DNA of 64,000 nt from Nitrososphaeria archaeon (GTDB taxonomy: Archaea; Thermoproteota; Nitrososphaeria; Geothermarchaeales; JDFR-13), in assembly GCA_027078545.1 (NCBI GenBank), contig JALWXN010000004.1, forward strand, positions 768,001 to 832,000. The letters are read 5' to 3'. Position numbers and translations under genes: made by a program. Below the pieces are notes generated by a model that ran no database searches, was not told where the DNA came from, and saw nothing but the letters and a program-made list of their open reading frames with translations. Positions 10,425-19,729 of the stretch are shown here, in pieces (positions within the stretch are counted from its first letter, which is position 1; every line of letters starts with the position of its first letter).

Positions 10425-10738
10425 GGGAGAAGGTTGTATATGGAGCCGGCCTAGGATTCTTCGTCAGTAGTATGGTGAACGCCCTGCTTGTCATAGCCAA
10501 GGAGTATGACGAGGGGTTTAAGGAGTGGCTCAAGACAGTCTTTACCCACCACTGGCTTGGACATGGGATACTGGTGATACTCACATTCATAGTCTTCTAC
10601 CTACTAGGCTATGCAGCCTATCGAGGCGGCTTGGGAGTGGCTGTTGGTAGGACCTATGTATATGTGATCCTAGGATCTATACTCAGCCTAGTAATTATCT
10701 GGGGCTTCTACATCCTCCACTTCCTAGGGGTGGCCTAG
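10421..10738 (+). CDS. Hypothetical 3-TM membrane protein (HHWLGHG motif)
   Basis: ATGA overlap with the previous gene; hydrophobic helices; followed by a poly-T tract. Confidence 0.6.
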   Translation: MREKVVYGAGLGFFVSSMVNALLVIAKEYDEGFKEWLKTVFTHHWLGHGILVILTFIVFYLLGYAAYRGGLGVAVGRTYVYVILGSILSLVIIWGFYILHFLGVA

Positions 10739-10785
10739 CCACCCAACCCCTCTCCCTTTTTATAGGCTTTTGGATAGGCCCCGTG

Positions 10786-11169
10786 CTAGAGAGTCACTGT
10801 ATAGACCTTCTTTATCCCCCTAAGGCTCCTCAGCCTCCTAACCAGGCTCCTCCACTCCTCTCCATCATCCCTCGTTATGGCGACGGTTATACAGTACGAC
10901 CCGTCTAGGAGCTGGTGGTAGAGTCCCTTTAGATCCTCGCTGTAGCCGTGTAGGAGGGTCACTATATTCCTATCGACATACATCGTCTCCCCATGGTCGC
11001 TCAGCACTGCTATGAATCGATAGCTCCCATTGCTATCCCCCTCGTCCTCTAGGAGCTTCTCCACCGCATGTCTGATCAGGTCCGACCTACTGCTGAAGCC
11101 ACCCTTATGTACAGCCTCGTCCAGCCTCTTCAGTAGCCTATCTGGTATGGAGACTGATATTACCGCCAT
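10786..11169 (-). CDS. CopG/NikR-family ribbon-helix-helix metal-responsive regulator
   Basis: N-terminal ISVSIP..LL..LD......GFSSRSDLIR RHH domain plus an ACT-like C-domain with H-x10-H-x7-C. Confidence 0.8.
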   Translation of the reverse strand: MAVISVSIPDRLLKRLDEAVHKGGFSSRSDLIRHAVEKLLEDEGDSNGSYRFIAVLSDHGETMYVDRNIVTLLHGYSEDLKGLYHQLLDGSYCITVAITRDDGEEWRSLVRRLRSLRGIKKVYTVTL

Positions 11170-11281
11170 ATTATCAACCCATTATTAATAGTTTGTAGAA
11201 GGGTTTTTAATAAACAAACCCCTAAAAAGGCCGGATTCTTATTAATGCTTAAATAGTCTAGAGAGTCCTGTTATTAAGGAA

Positions 11282-13069
11282 ATGAGTGGAGAAGGTAGGA
11301 TATTCATAATGCTTGGGCTCGCCTCTATAGCTGGTGTTGCCCTATACCTGTTGGGACAGGAGACCCTGGCTCTAGGCCTATACCTACTCGGTATTGGGCT
11401 ATTGACACTGGCTAGTCTGAGGGAGCTCATCCTCGAGCGGCACCTCACGGTCGAGCTGCTAATGGCTATCGTAGGATATATCCTCGTCTTCCATGGTGTC
11501 GTGTTTGAGGGTCTAATCATCTATGTGTTGTACTCGATAGCCGAGACGATGGAGGTACAGGTTAAGAGGCTCGCCCTACGGAAGATCGAGAAGGCTAAGA
11601 AGCTTATACCGCGTAGGGTCAGGGTATACCGCGACGGCGGATATGTAGAGGTGGACGCTTCCGAGGTTGCCCCTGGTGAGAAGATACTTGTGAGGAGGGG
11701 TGAGGTCGTCCCAGTCGATGGAGTCCTCCTGGGCAGGGGTGTCTTCGACACCAGCCTCATCACGGGTGAGTCTGTACCTATAGAATATGACGAGGGTGAG
11801 CAGGTTGAGAGTGGATATATAAACGTGGGTGACCCCGTCGAGGTACGTGCGGTGAAGAGCCCGGCGGAGTCTACTCTCCAGCAGCTTATTCTCAGGGCTA
11901 CCGAGCTGTTGGAGAACAAGGGGCGGGTGCAGAGGCTTATAGAGAGGCTTAGCCCCTACATGATAGTGACGGTTCTAGGGGTATTTGCACTCACATATTT
12001 CTTTGCCCAGGAGAGGGCTGTAGCTGTGCTCCTTGCTGGGTGTCCAAGCGCCCTGATCATAGACTCGGCAGCCACCACATCATATACAGTCTCCCTACTA
12101 GCCGGGCGTGGAGTAGTCGTCAGGGGAGGGGCAGCCCTCGAGTCGGGCTCCAAGGTGGGGAGGATAATCATCGATAAGACGGGTACACTGACGATGGGAG
12201 TCCCTAGGCCGGTCAGGGTAGTTCCGCCCGACGGGATGGATGTGGAGGAGTTTAAGGCCCATGTATCCGCAGTGGCGACGACCAGTCTACACCCAATATC
12301 CCGGGCAATAGCCACGAGTTGGCACGACTCACTAGTAGCTGAGGAGGCTAGGGAGTATCCTGGGAAGGGTGTCGAAGCCAGGGTGAACGGTAAGAGGGTA
12401 TACCTTGGGAGTAGGGAGTTCATCTCAAACCTAGGGGTGGAGCTCCCCGGTGAGGAGGCCTGTGGAGACGCGGATCTAGTGGTATATGCATATGTAGAGG
12501 GGTATGGGGCCGCCGGAGCAATATGCCTCGAGGAGTCTATAGATGAGGGGGTAGCCAACGCCGTAAGGGAGCTTCGTGGTATGGGTGTTGAGGTGGCTAT
12601 AGCGAGTGGAGATAGGGAGGAGCGTGTTGCCAAGGTTGCTGAGAGGCTGGGTATAGAGGAGTACTATGCCCAGCTGAAGCCCTGGGAGAAGACCGAGCTT
12701 GTGAGGAGGATGAGGAAGGAGTGTGGATGTAAGGTCTCGATGGTGGGCGACGGGGTCAACGACTTAGAGGCATTGGCTGAGAGCGACTTTGGAGTGGCTA
12801 TAGGCAATATAGACGCGGTGTCCAGCGTCTCCGACGCCGTATTGATCCATGGCTTCAAGGACCTTCCAAGCCTGCTGAAGAGGGCGAGGGCATATGTCTC
12901 TGGCCTATATGTCGGGTTCGCCGTGGCTACGGCTGTGAAGATCGTCACCATCGTCTTCGGACTCACAGGGATATTCCCACTATGGCTCGTAGCCCTGATG
13001 GGGGATGATGGCTCCACACTGCTCTCAACACTTGCCTCGGTGTTGACGGTCTATCTCCGTGGGAGATAG
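11282..13069 (+). CDS. Heavy-metal-translocating P1B-type ATPase (Zn/Cd-like)
   Basis: TGES, CPS, DKTGT, HP and GDGVND motifs. Confidence 0.9.
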   Translation: MSGEGRIFIMLGLASIAGVALYLLGQETLALGLYLLGIGLLTLASLRELILERHLTVELLMAIVGYILVFHGVVFEGLIIYVLYSIAETMEVQVKRLALRKIEKAKKLIPRRVRVYRDGGYVEVDASEVAPGEKILVRRGEVVPVDGVLLGRGVFDTSLITGESVPIEYDEGEQVESGYINVGDPVEVRAVKSPAESTLQQLILRATELLENKGRVQRLIERLSPYMIVTVLGVFALTYFFAQERAVAVLLAGCPSALIIDSAATTSYTVSLLAGRGVVVRGGAALESGSKVGRIIIDKTGTLTMGVPRPVRVVPPDGMDVEEFKAHVSAVATTSLHPISRAIATSWHDSLVAEEAREYPGKGVEARVNGKRVYLGSREFISNLGVELPGEEACGDADLVVYAYVEGYGAAGAICLEESIDEGVANAVRELRGMGVEVAIASGDREERVAKVAERLGIEEYYAQLKPWEKTELVRRMRKECGCKVSMVGDGVNDLEALAESDFGVAIGNIDAVSSVSDAVLIHGFKDLPSLLKRARAYVSGLYVGFAVATAVKIVTIVFGLTGIFPLWLVALMGDDGSTLLSTLASVLTVYLRGR

Positions 13070-13114
13070 CTATAGATCCACGATTTATCAGTATATATCG
13101 ACTATATTATCCAC

Positions 13115-13993
13115 ATGATCCTGTTCGACTGGGGCACATATAACGGGCTCTCGAAGCTCAGGACGGCGGCACTACTCGGGACTAGGCTTACAGAGATACC
13201 CCCTAGGGACTTCAGCAGGAAAGCCATAGACAAGTCCTACTTCGAGAGGTATAGGGAGGCGGCCGAGGGGGTCTTCACAACCATAACGGCCCACGCACCA
13301 TACTACAACGTCGTCTCCCGAGACCCAGGAGTTATGAAGAGGAGCCAGGAGGCCCTCCTAAAGGCGGCCGAGATGGCCGTCGTGGCTGGCGCCGAGATCT
13401 ACAACCTACACCTCGGGTGGCGGGCCGGTAGGGAGGAGGACGACCTGAAGAGCGTCATAGACTTCGTCAACCAGGTCCTGGAGATCAATAATGACCTCGT
13501 AGTGAGTATAGAGGTTCCATACACCCCATCGATGCTAGGTACATGGGAGGAGATAGAGATGATTAGGAGGGCTACGGATAGGGAGCGTGTAATAGCCAGT
13601 CTACAGCTAGAGAATGTATGGATGCTGGAGAAGGGTGTCTATAGCAGCGGACTCTTCGAGGCTATGGATAGGGAGACGGACAAGGCCTTCTGGATGGGGA
13701 TATTTGAGAGGCTTACTGGCCTGACCCCCCACTACCTATCCCTACGCTTCAGCCAGATAATAGGCTTCGCAGTTGGGAGCAAGATCCTGAAGAAGCGTGT
13801 ACCACTTGGTAGGGGATACCCGTCACTCGAGCCGTTGGCCGAGGCCCTTGCAGAGTATATGGTGCGTAGGATGAGGAGTGGGGAGGAGCCTCTTAGGATG
13901 CATATAATCTACACGGGCCCCACTGAGACCAAGTATGCCGACACATTGAGGCTATACTCAGAGATCATGTCACGGGCAGTGGCACATCTATGA
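13115..13993 (+). CDS. TIM-barrel AP endonuclease 2 / endonuclease IV-like protein (divergent)
   Basis: TAHAPYYN and NLHLG motifs resemble the EndoIV HAPYxIN and xxHxG motifs. Confidence 0.55.
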   Translation: MILFDWGTYNGLSKLRTAALLGTRLTEIPPRDFSRKAIDKSYFERYREAAEGVFTTITAHAPYYNVVSRDPGVMKRSQEALLKAAEMAVVAGAEIYNLHLGWRAGREEDDLKSVIDFVNQVLEINNDLVVSIEVPYTPSMLGTWEEIEMIRRATDRERVIASLQLENVWMLEKGVYSSGLFEAMDRETDKAFWMGIFERLTGLTPHYLSLRFSQIIGFAVGSKILKKRVPLGRGYPSLEPLAEALAEYMVRRMRSGEEPLRMHIIYTGPTETKYADTLRLYSEIMSRAVAHL

Positions 13994-15717
13994 AGAGGAT
14001 TGAGAGGAGGAGGTATCAGGAGGAGGCCTTGGAATGGGCCCTTAGACACGACGGAGCAGTAATATGTATGCCCACCGGGACGGGGAAGACGGTCATAGCC
14101 GGGCTATGGATAAAGAGGATACTCGACAGGGGAGGTAGGAAGGTACTTGTACTAGAGCCTACGAGGATCCTGGTGGAGCAGACGAGCAGGGTCTTCAGGG
14201 ATATGGGTATCCCGGCCAAGCCGCTACACGGTAGCCTAAGCAGGGGGCTGAGGAAGGAGGCTAGGAAGGCTAGGGTGGTTGTAGCCACGCCCGAGATAAT
14301 CGTCTCGGAGGGCCTGGAGGAGGAGCCCGACGCACTAGTCGTCGATGAGTGTCACCACACGACTGGGCAGGACCCATATAGGATAGTGGTGGAGCGCATC
14401 AGGCCCAGGAGGAGGCTCGGCCTCTCGGCATTCATACCCCCTAGTAGGAGGGGCCTGATAGAGAGGAGCATAGGCGTGATACGCTGCTGGAGCTGGGAGG
14501 ATGAGGAGATACGTAGATACATGCCGCCCCTCGTGGCTGAGGTCTACGAGGCCCCACTGAACCAGGAGGAGTCGAGTCTCTACAAGACCCTCGAGAAGAT
14601 GTGGATCATGAGTAGTGGGAGGGAGAGGATGATGCTCGGGAACAGCCTGAGATGGTACGTCAGGGACGGTGCAGAGGCCCTCAGGGAGACCTATAGATCC
14701 TCGAGGAATATCCGGGAGATACTGGAGCCGCTGGGGGAGCAGCTCTTCAGCCCCGGGGTCAGGCCTGCACATAAGCTTGAACACCTGATCCGGGTGCTCT
14801 CTGACCATGAGGGCTTTAATAAGGCATATGTATTCGTGGACCGGGTGGTCATAGCGAGGCTCATCAGGGATAGGCTTGGTAGAGACTCGACTCTACTCAT
14901 CGGTAGGAGGCATGGGAGCATAGCCGCTAGGCTGGAGGAGGTAAGGTCTAGTGAGAAGAGGGTAGTGATATCCACCAGCGTGGGTGAAGAGGGGATCGAC
15001 CTACCTGAGGCGGATCTCCTAGTCGTTTGGAGCCAGGTCGCCAGCCCACTACGATTTATACAGCGTATGGGCCGTCTGCTACGGCCTGGGCAGACAGGTC
15101 AGAAATACCTAGTATTCATAGCTACGCCCGACACCATCGATATGGACAGCCTGGTCGACGGCCTAGCAACGGTGGAGAGGCTGGGCGTAGCCACACCAGT
15201 ATCGAGGGAGGTCCTCGAGGAGCTAATCATGATGAGTAGCCGACGCAGAGTACTGGAGGCCCTTGAGGATAGGCCCATGACCCTTGAGGAGCTGGCAGAA
15301 GCCACCGGTGGCGACACCGCCAGGACTAGGCAGGCCCTTAGGAGCCTATTGGAGGCCGGGATGGCAATCTACATATATACTGATCGGGGCAGGCTATACA
15401 CGGCGAGGCATGGGCTGGAGAGGCTCTACCAGGAGTATCGGGAATATCTGAGCCCTAGCCACGAGCTCGAGGCATATATAAACTATGAGGGTGCGAGCCA
15501 GGGTATAACGGGGAGGTATGACAGGGGGTGGAGCCGTCTACGCAGGGCCCTCCAGAGGCACGGCGTCCTAAGGAATATACATGGATATGTGAAGATTCTT
15601 AGGGGAGGGGTTCTACACCTGGCTAGGTATAGGTATTCATACCCGGTCTCGGAGGCGGAGGTTCTCGACGTGATCATCGACAACATCTACTCCGCGGACA
15701 AGTGGTTCAGGAGGTGA
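13990..15717 (+). CDS. SF2 DEAD/DEAH-box helicase, Hef/Mph1-like helicase core with C-terminal wHTH
   Basis: PTGTGKT, PTR.LVEQ, ATP, DECH, STSVGEEGIDLP and QRMGR motifs. Confidence 0.82.
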   Translation: MKRIERRRYQEEALEWALRHDGAVICMPTGTGKTVIAGLWIKRILDRGGRKVLVLEPTRILVEQTSRVFRDMGIPAKPLHGSLSRGLRKEARKARVVVATPEIIVSEGLEEEPDALVVDECHHTTGQDPYRIVVERIRPRRRLGLSAFIPPSRRGLIERSIGVIRCWSWEDEEIRRYMPPLVAEVYEAPLNQEESSLYKTLEKMWIMSSGRERMMLGNSLRWYVRDGAEALRETYRSSRNIREILEPLGEQLFSPGVRPAHKLEHLIRVLSDHEGFNKAYVFVDRVVIARLIRDRLGRDSTLLIGRRHGSIAARLEEVRSSEKRVVISTSVGEEGIDLPEADLLVVWSQVASPLRFIQRMGRLLRPGQTGQKYLVFIATPDTIDMDSLVDGLATVERLGVATPVSREVLEELIMMSSRRRVLEALEDRPMTLEELAEATGGDTARTRQALRSLLEAGMAIYIYTDRGRLYTARHGLERLYQEYREYLSPSHELEAYINYEGASQGITGRYDRGWSRLRRALQRHGVLRNIHGYVKILRGGVLHLARYRYSYPVSEAEVLDVIIDNIYSADKWFRR

Positions 15718-15721
15718 TTAG

Positions 15722-16927
15722 ATGGGTTCACCCTTCCCCACATCGAGGATAACTATGTCGATACTCCTCCTTACAGCCCCACTCCTCATATACGGGGTAT
15801 ACGTCGGGATGATGTGGCTAGCCAACTTCTGGGGCCTGGCACCTGTGGATACGAGGATCATCCCTACACATCCCTCCACCATGCTATACCCAGTCCTCAC
15901 ACTATTCGTGATGGGAGTTGCATATACACTCCTACCCGGGTTCTGGGGATATAGGCCTAGTAGGGCTGTGGCATCCATATCAATAGCCCTATTTCTAGCG
16001 GGGGAGGCTGGGGCGCTCCTCCTATACCTACTGGGGAACCCGGCACCCCATCCACTGGTACTGGGCTTCCTAGGAGTCCTCGTCTACGCATCCTATATAG
16101 CGAGCCGGGTGAGGCTTAGATACCCGGTCTTCACATATGCCGATCTATACATCCTCCTATCGATAGCTATGCTCCTCCTCGTCTATGGATACAGGCTATG
16201 GATAGCCTTTGATAGGGGGCTGGTCTTCCCCACAGGCCTAGACTCCTACCACCTAGCCGTGATACTCGGCTTCGCCGCACCCATGATCTATGGGGTATCG
16301 GTCAGGACTATGAAGTTCAAGTTCACAGTCGTTGATAACAGGCTCCTAGCCCCATCCCTACTACTACATCTGGCAGGCCTCACGGCGCTACTTCTAGACA
16401 TGACCGGCTCCAGGCCGCCGTCACCACTAGCTATGACACTCCTACTGGGCTCCTCAGCACTCTATGCACTGGCCTACAACGTCTTCGAGCATAGGCCCGG
16501 GAAGCCCTATGAGGATAGGATGTCCCATAGGGACTGGAAGAGATATCTCTATTTCCGGAGGCATATAAATATGGGTGGGGCCTGGCTACTGGCCAGCCAT
16601 CTACTCCTACTCCTATACAGCCTTGGTGGGGACAGATATCTCTGGGACGCCGGGCTCCACAGCCTGACCCTCGGCTTCATAGCCAACTACATCGTGGCCT
16701 ATGCAGGTGTGATGCTACCCCCAATAACCGTTAGGAGGGCTCCCTACAAGGCCCTGAACCCCATACCCCTCGCACTTCTAAACATGGGAGTGGCCCTGAG
16801 AGTGTCTATAGACCTGCTCCCGCCCCTAAGGACTATGCAGGCCGCCCATCTACACGCGATGCTGATATACCTAGCCTATGCAGCCTTCATAGCCACTATG
16901 ATCCTCCTTTACAGGGAGGAGACCTAG
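15722..16927 (+). CDS. NnrS-like polytopic membrane protein
   Basis: About 12 TM segments; HLAVILGF..PMIYGV and DAGLHSLTLGF, LN.G..LRV motifs. Confidence 0.5.
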   Translation: MGSPFPTSRITMSILLLTAPLLIYGVYVGMMWLANFWGLAPVDTRIIPTHPSTMLYPVLTLFVMGVAYTLLPGFWGYRPSRAVASISIALFLAGEAGALLLYLLGNPAPHPLVLGFLGVLVYASYIASRVRLRYPVFTYADLYILLSIAMLLLVYGYRLWIAFDRGLVFPTGLDSYHLAVILGFAAPMIYGVSVRTMKFKFTVVDNRLLAPSLLLHLAGLTALLLDMTGSRPPSPLAMTLLLGSSALYALAYNVFEHRPGKPYEDRMSHRDWKRYLYFRRHINMGGAWLLASHLLLLLYSLGGDRYLWDAGLHSLTLGFIANYIVAYAGVMLPPITVRRAPYKALNPIPLALLNMGVALRVSIDLLPPLRTMQAAHLHAMLIYLAYAAFIATMILLYREET

Positions 16928-17247
16928 CCCTGGGAGACGCTATCCAAGACCCAGTTCAGATACTTCTCATAGATGTGTATAGGCTCCAGGACGATTATCT
17001 CGGGAACCTCATAGGGATGTATCTCAAGGATCCTCCTCTCCAGCTCACCAGCCATGTCGCGGGAGGTCTTGATGATCAGTAGGCTCTCCTCATCGTCATG
17101 GACCTCCCCCTCCCACCAGTAGATACTCCTGATATCCACGATGTTTACACATGCAGCCAGCCTCTCCCCAACCAGCTTCCCAGCCAATTCCCTAGCCACG
17201 TCCCTAGGGGCTGTGCATAGGACGACTACACCCTTACCACTCGTCAT
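16924..17247 (-). CDS. cutA: Divalent-cation tolerance protein CutA
   Basis: LAACVN, SIYWWEG and HPYEVPEI motifs. Confidence 0.93.
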   Translation of the reverse strand: MTSGKGVVVLCTAPRDVARELAGKLVGERLAACVNIVDIRSIYWWEGEVHDDEESLLIIKTSRDMAGELERRILEIHPYEVPEIIVLEPIHIYEKYLNWVLDSVSQG

Positions 17248-17284
17248 GGGTAATTGGTTCGGCTTCCCGAGGATATAAAGCGGA

Positions 17285-18709
17285 TTAGAAGAGCCCCGCT
17301 CTAAAGCTCTTTACGAGGCTGTTCCCTGTCTCCAGGTACTCCGACCCAGCCTTCTCCACCAGGTCCTCCCCAGCCTTCTGAGCCTCCTCCAAGACCTCCT
17401 CCTCATCCATAACCAGTACCCTACCCTCCTCCACATAGGGCTTGCCGTCGATGAAGACGTGGGTAACCTCGGATCCATATATGCTGTAGACCAGGTTCGA
17501 GGTGTAGTTCCTGATAGGCCTGCTGAGGATGGGCATCGTGTGGGGCCTCCATAGATCCACGATAACCAGGTCACCGGCATAGCCCTCCTCGATAACCCCG
17601 TTCCCAAAAGCCCTGACAACCCTGCTAGAGTCGGCAGTCGCCAGGCGTAGAAGCCTCCAGTGGGGCATAACGGTCGGGTCGGACTCATACACCTTGCTCA
17701 GCAGGGCTACATAGCCAAGCTCCTTGAAGATACTCTGGTTACCCGGTCCCACAGCGTTGTCGGTACCTAGAACAGCTCTACCACCCAGCTTTAGAAACTT
17801 GGTGAGCGGGGGGACGATCCCGTCTATCGAGGCTATGGAGCGGTGGCAGCTCACCATAGTGGCCCCCATAGAGACGACCTTGGCCAACTCCTCATCCGTA
17901 GTGTCGTGGAGATGGGCAGCGAATAGTAGGGGGTTTAGGAGGCCCTCCCTAGCCATGAGGTCTACGGTCGAGGCGCCGTAGCGACGCATCATCTGCCTCC
18001 TCTCCCTACCACCCTGGGCAACATGCATATGGACATATGTGCTGTTTTCAGCCGCCCTCATAAAGCTGTTCCTAACCACCTCGAGGGGGACCATATCCAT
18101 CGCCTGGGGCCCATAGAGGATACGGATATTCCTATCCCCCCGATACTTCCTGATCAACCTATCCGTCTCGTCGAGAGCCCTATATCCCAGCTCAGCATCT
18201 AGGGGATACAGCTTACCAGCCACCCTATGCATAGGCTCCGAGATAGCGTTGAAGAGATAGGCCCCAAAGACCTTCAGCCCGATAGGCCTATACACCTCGT
18301 CGATCTGCCTCTCAAGGTGGCGGCTATACTCGCCATAAACAACTGTCCCACCACGTAGAGCCTCGAGGACAGCTAGCCTAGTAGAGGCCTTGATATGCCT
18401 CCACTCCATCTGGCTCCTCAGGGGAGAGACGCCAAGCTCCATCCACTCACTCTCAGGCATATCATTGGCGAACCCCTTGAGGAGATTAATATCGGTATGC
18501 ATATGGAGGTCGTAGAACCCGGGGAGGACCACCCCGGAACGGCTAACATTAATGTAGTAGTCATCCTTAGAGGCATGCTTAATCACATCTCCATACCTAC
18601 CCACACAGGTTATGATACCATCCTCCACATAGACAGCGCCATAGTCAATCACGCCGAGACCCGGGCCCGACATCGTAACAACGGCCCTAGCCCTGATCAA
18701 CAGCCTCAA
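17285..18709 (-). CDS. Amidohydrolase family protein (MTA/SAH deaminase/TrzA-like)
   Basis: LPGFYDLHMH, HMHVAQ, AAH, LGTD and G.IEEG..GDLV motifs. Confidence 0.82.
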   Translation of the reverse strand: MRLLIRARAVVTMSGPGLGVIDYGAVYVEDGIITCVGRYGDVIKHASKDDYYINVSRSGVVLPGFYDLHMHTDINLLKGFANDMPESEWMELGVSPLRSQMEWRHIKASTRLAVLEALRGGTVVYGEYSRHLERQIDEVYRPIGLKVFGAYLFNAISEPMHRVAGKLYPLDAELGYRALDETDRLIRKYRGDRNIRILYGPQAMDMVPLEVVRNSFMRAAENSTYVHMHVAQGGRERRQMMRRYGASTVDLMAREGLLNPLLFAAHLHDTTDEELAKVVSMGATMVSCHRSIASIDGIVPPLTKFLKLGGRAVLGTDNAVGPGNQSIFKELGYVALLSKVYESDPTVMPHWRLLRLATADSSRVVRAFGNGVIEEGYAGDLVIVDLWRPHTMPILSRPIRNYTSNLVYSIYGSEVTHVFIDGKPYVEEGRVLVMDEEEVLEEAQKAGEDLVEKAGSEYLETGNSLVKSFRAGLF

Positions 18710-18923
18710 ACCACCATCCCCTCACAACCCCAGGGAATTCGTGAACACACCCTATACACTACAGAGAAATACTTAATACTATATAATGTACCCAGGATAG
18801 ACACGATGCCCATATACCACCAGCCTAAGACCCCCTCCACCACAAGGAGCGACACACTAGAGATCAGCTCCCTAGACACTGATTGACAACGCTACTTCAG
18901 GGCAAACCCCCATTCTGACGTCG

Positions 18924-18997
18924 AGGCTCCCCCGGTAAAGCCAGATTTCTATGCCCGATATCTTTTTTACCATATAGTTTATAGCTAAGAAGTAAAA
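18924..18997. repeat. AT-rich pseudo-palindromic intergenic element, related to 26187-26281
   Basis: 18971-18997 matches the reverse complement of 26255-26281 at 24/27 nt; both sites are also preceded by AGGCTCCCC. Confidence 0.45.
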
Positions 18998-19090
18998 AAC
19001 ATGATGAGGCTCAGACCAATTTAGGGGCCTATTTCCCGACCCCTGGCCACGGGTTTAATCAGTTGGAGACAGTTATTCATTGGGTCTGGG

Positions 19091-19558
19091 ATGGCTGTGG
19101 AGACTGTGTGTCTCGAGCTTGGGTTCTTCCCTGGCTATCTCAGGCTGGAGGTGGAGGGTGATAAGTTGTTGGGGAGTGATTATGAGCCCCAGTGTATGGG
19201 CAGTCGCTCCACCAGCTCAGTAGTCGTGGAGAAGTTCCGTGTATACCTTGCTGGCCGTGACCCGGGCTTCACTCTGGAGGAGCTGGATATGGATCGCCAT
19301 GCCCTGCCCAGCTATACCAGGAGGGTCTTGGAGCTCGTCGCGACTATACCCTTCGGCGAGGTGAGGACCTATAAATGGGTAGCCCAGCTTGTAGGCGGAT
19401 CTCCAAGGGCTGTTGGGCAGGCACTGGCTAGGAACCCCTTCCTGATCGCGATACCCTGCCACAGGGTTGTCTCAAGTAATGGCCTTGGAGGCTTCACCTC
19501 GCTGGGCGGCCTCGACCTGAAGAGGGCGCTCCTACGCCACGAGGGTATAGAGATATAG
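19091..19558 (+). CDS. ogt: Methylated-DNA--protein-cysteine methyltransferase
   Basis: IPFGEVRTY, RAVGQAL..NP and IPCHRVV active-site motif. Confidence 0.93.
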   Translation: MAVETVCLELGFFPGYLRLEVEGDKLLGSDYEPQCMGSRSTSSVVVEKFRVYLAGRDPGFTLEELDMDRHALPSYTRRVLELVATIPFGEVRTYKWVAQLVGGSPRAVGQALARNPFLIAIPCHRVVSSNGLGGFTSLGGLDLKRALLRHEGIEI

Positions 19559-19594
19559 CGTGGCGAAGCCTCGGGAGGCCTCTGGGACGCAGAA

Positions 19595-19621
19595 TTGTTT
19601 TCATTAGGGGGGGCTTCTGAA
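19595..19621 (+). repeat. Dispersed intergenic motif, copy B (TTGTTTTCATTAGGGGGGGCTTCTGAA)
   Basis: Lies between the convergent ogt and ACT-domain genes; matches copies A and C. Confidence 0.55.
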
Positions 19622-19729
19622 ACTGGGTCAGACCCTTTACATAACCCTCTGTTTTGAAGCGGTTTCCTATCATTTCCCCCATATGAAGATTCAAGGCCCC
19701 TGATCCATGATCCCCGGGGTATGGATGCC

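Noticed and set aside
18395-18886. 163-aa plus-strand ORF
   Set aside because: Mostly antisense to the amidohydrolase, atypical composition, no motifs
19001-19060. ATGATGA (box C) upstream of ogt as a possible C/D sRNA
   Set aside because: No suitably spaced D', C' or D boxes
19595-19621. G-string motif as an origin recognition box (ORB) or solitary CRISPR repeat
   Set aside because: It lacks the TCCA..GAAA ORB core, the copies are not clustered and there is no cdc6 nearby. Resemblance to the CRISPR repeat is limited to TAG..GGGTT..GAA, and the roughly 10-kb spacing of three copies is not continued.
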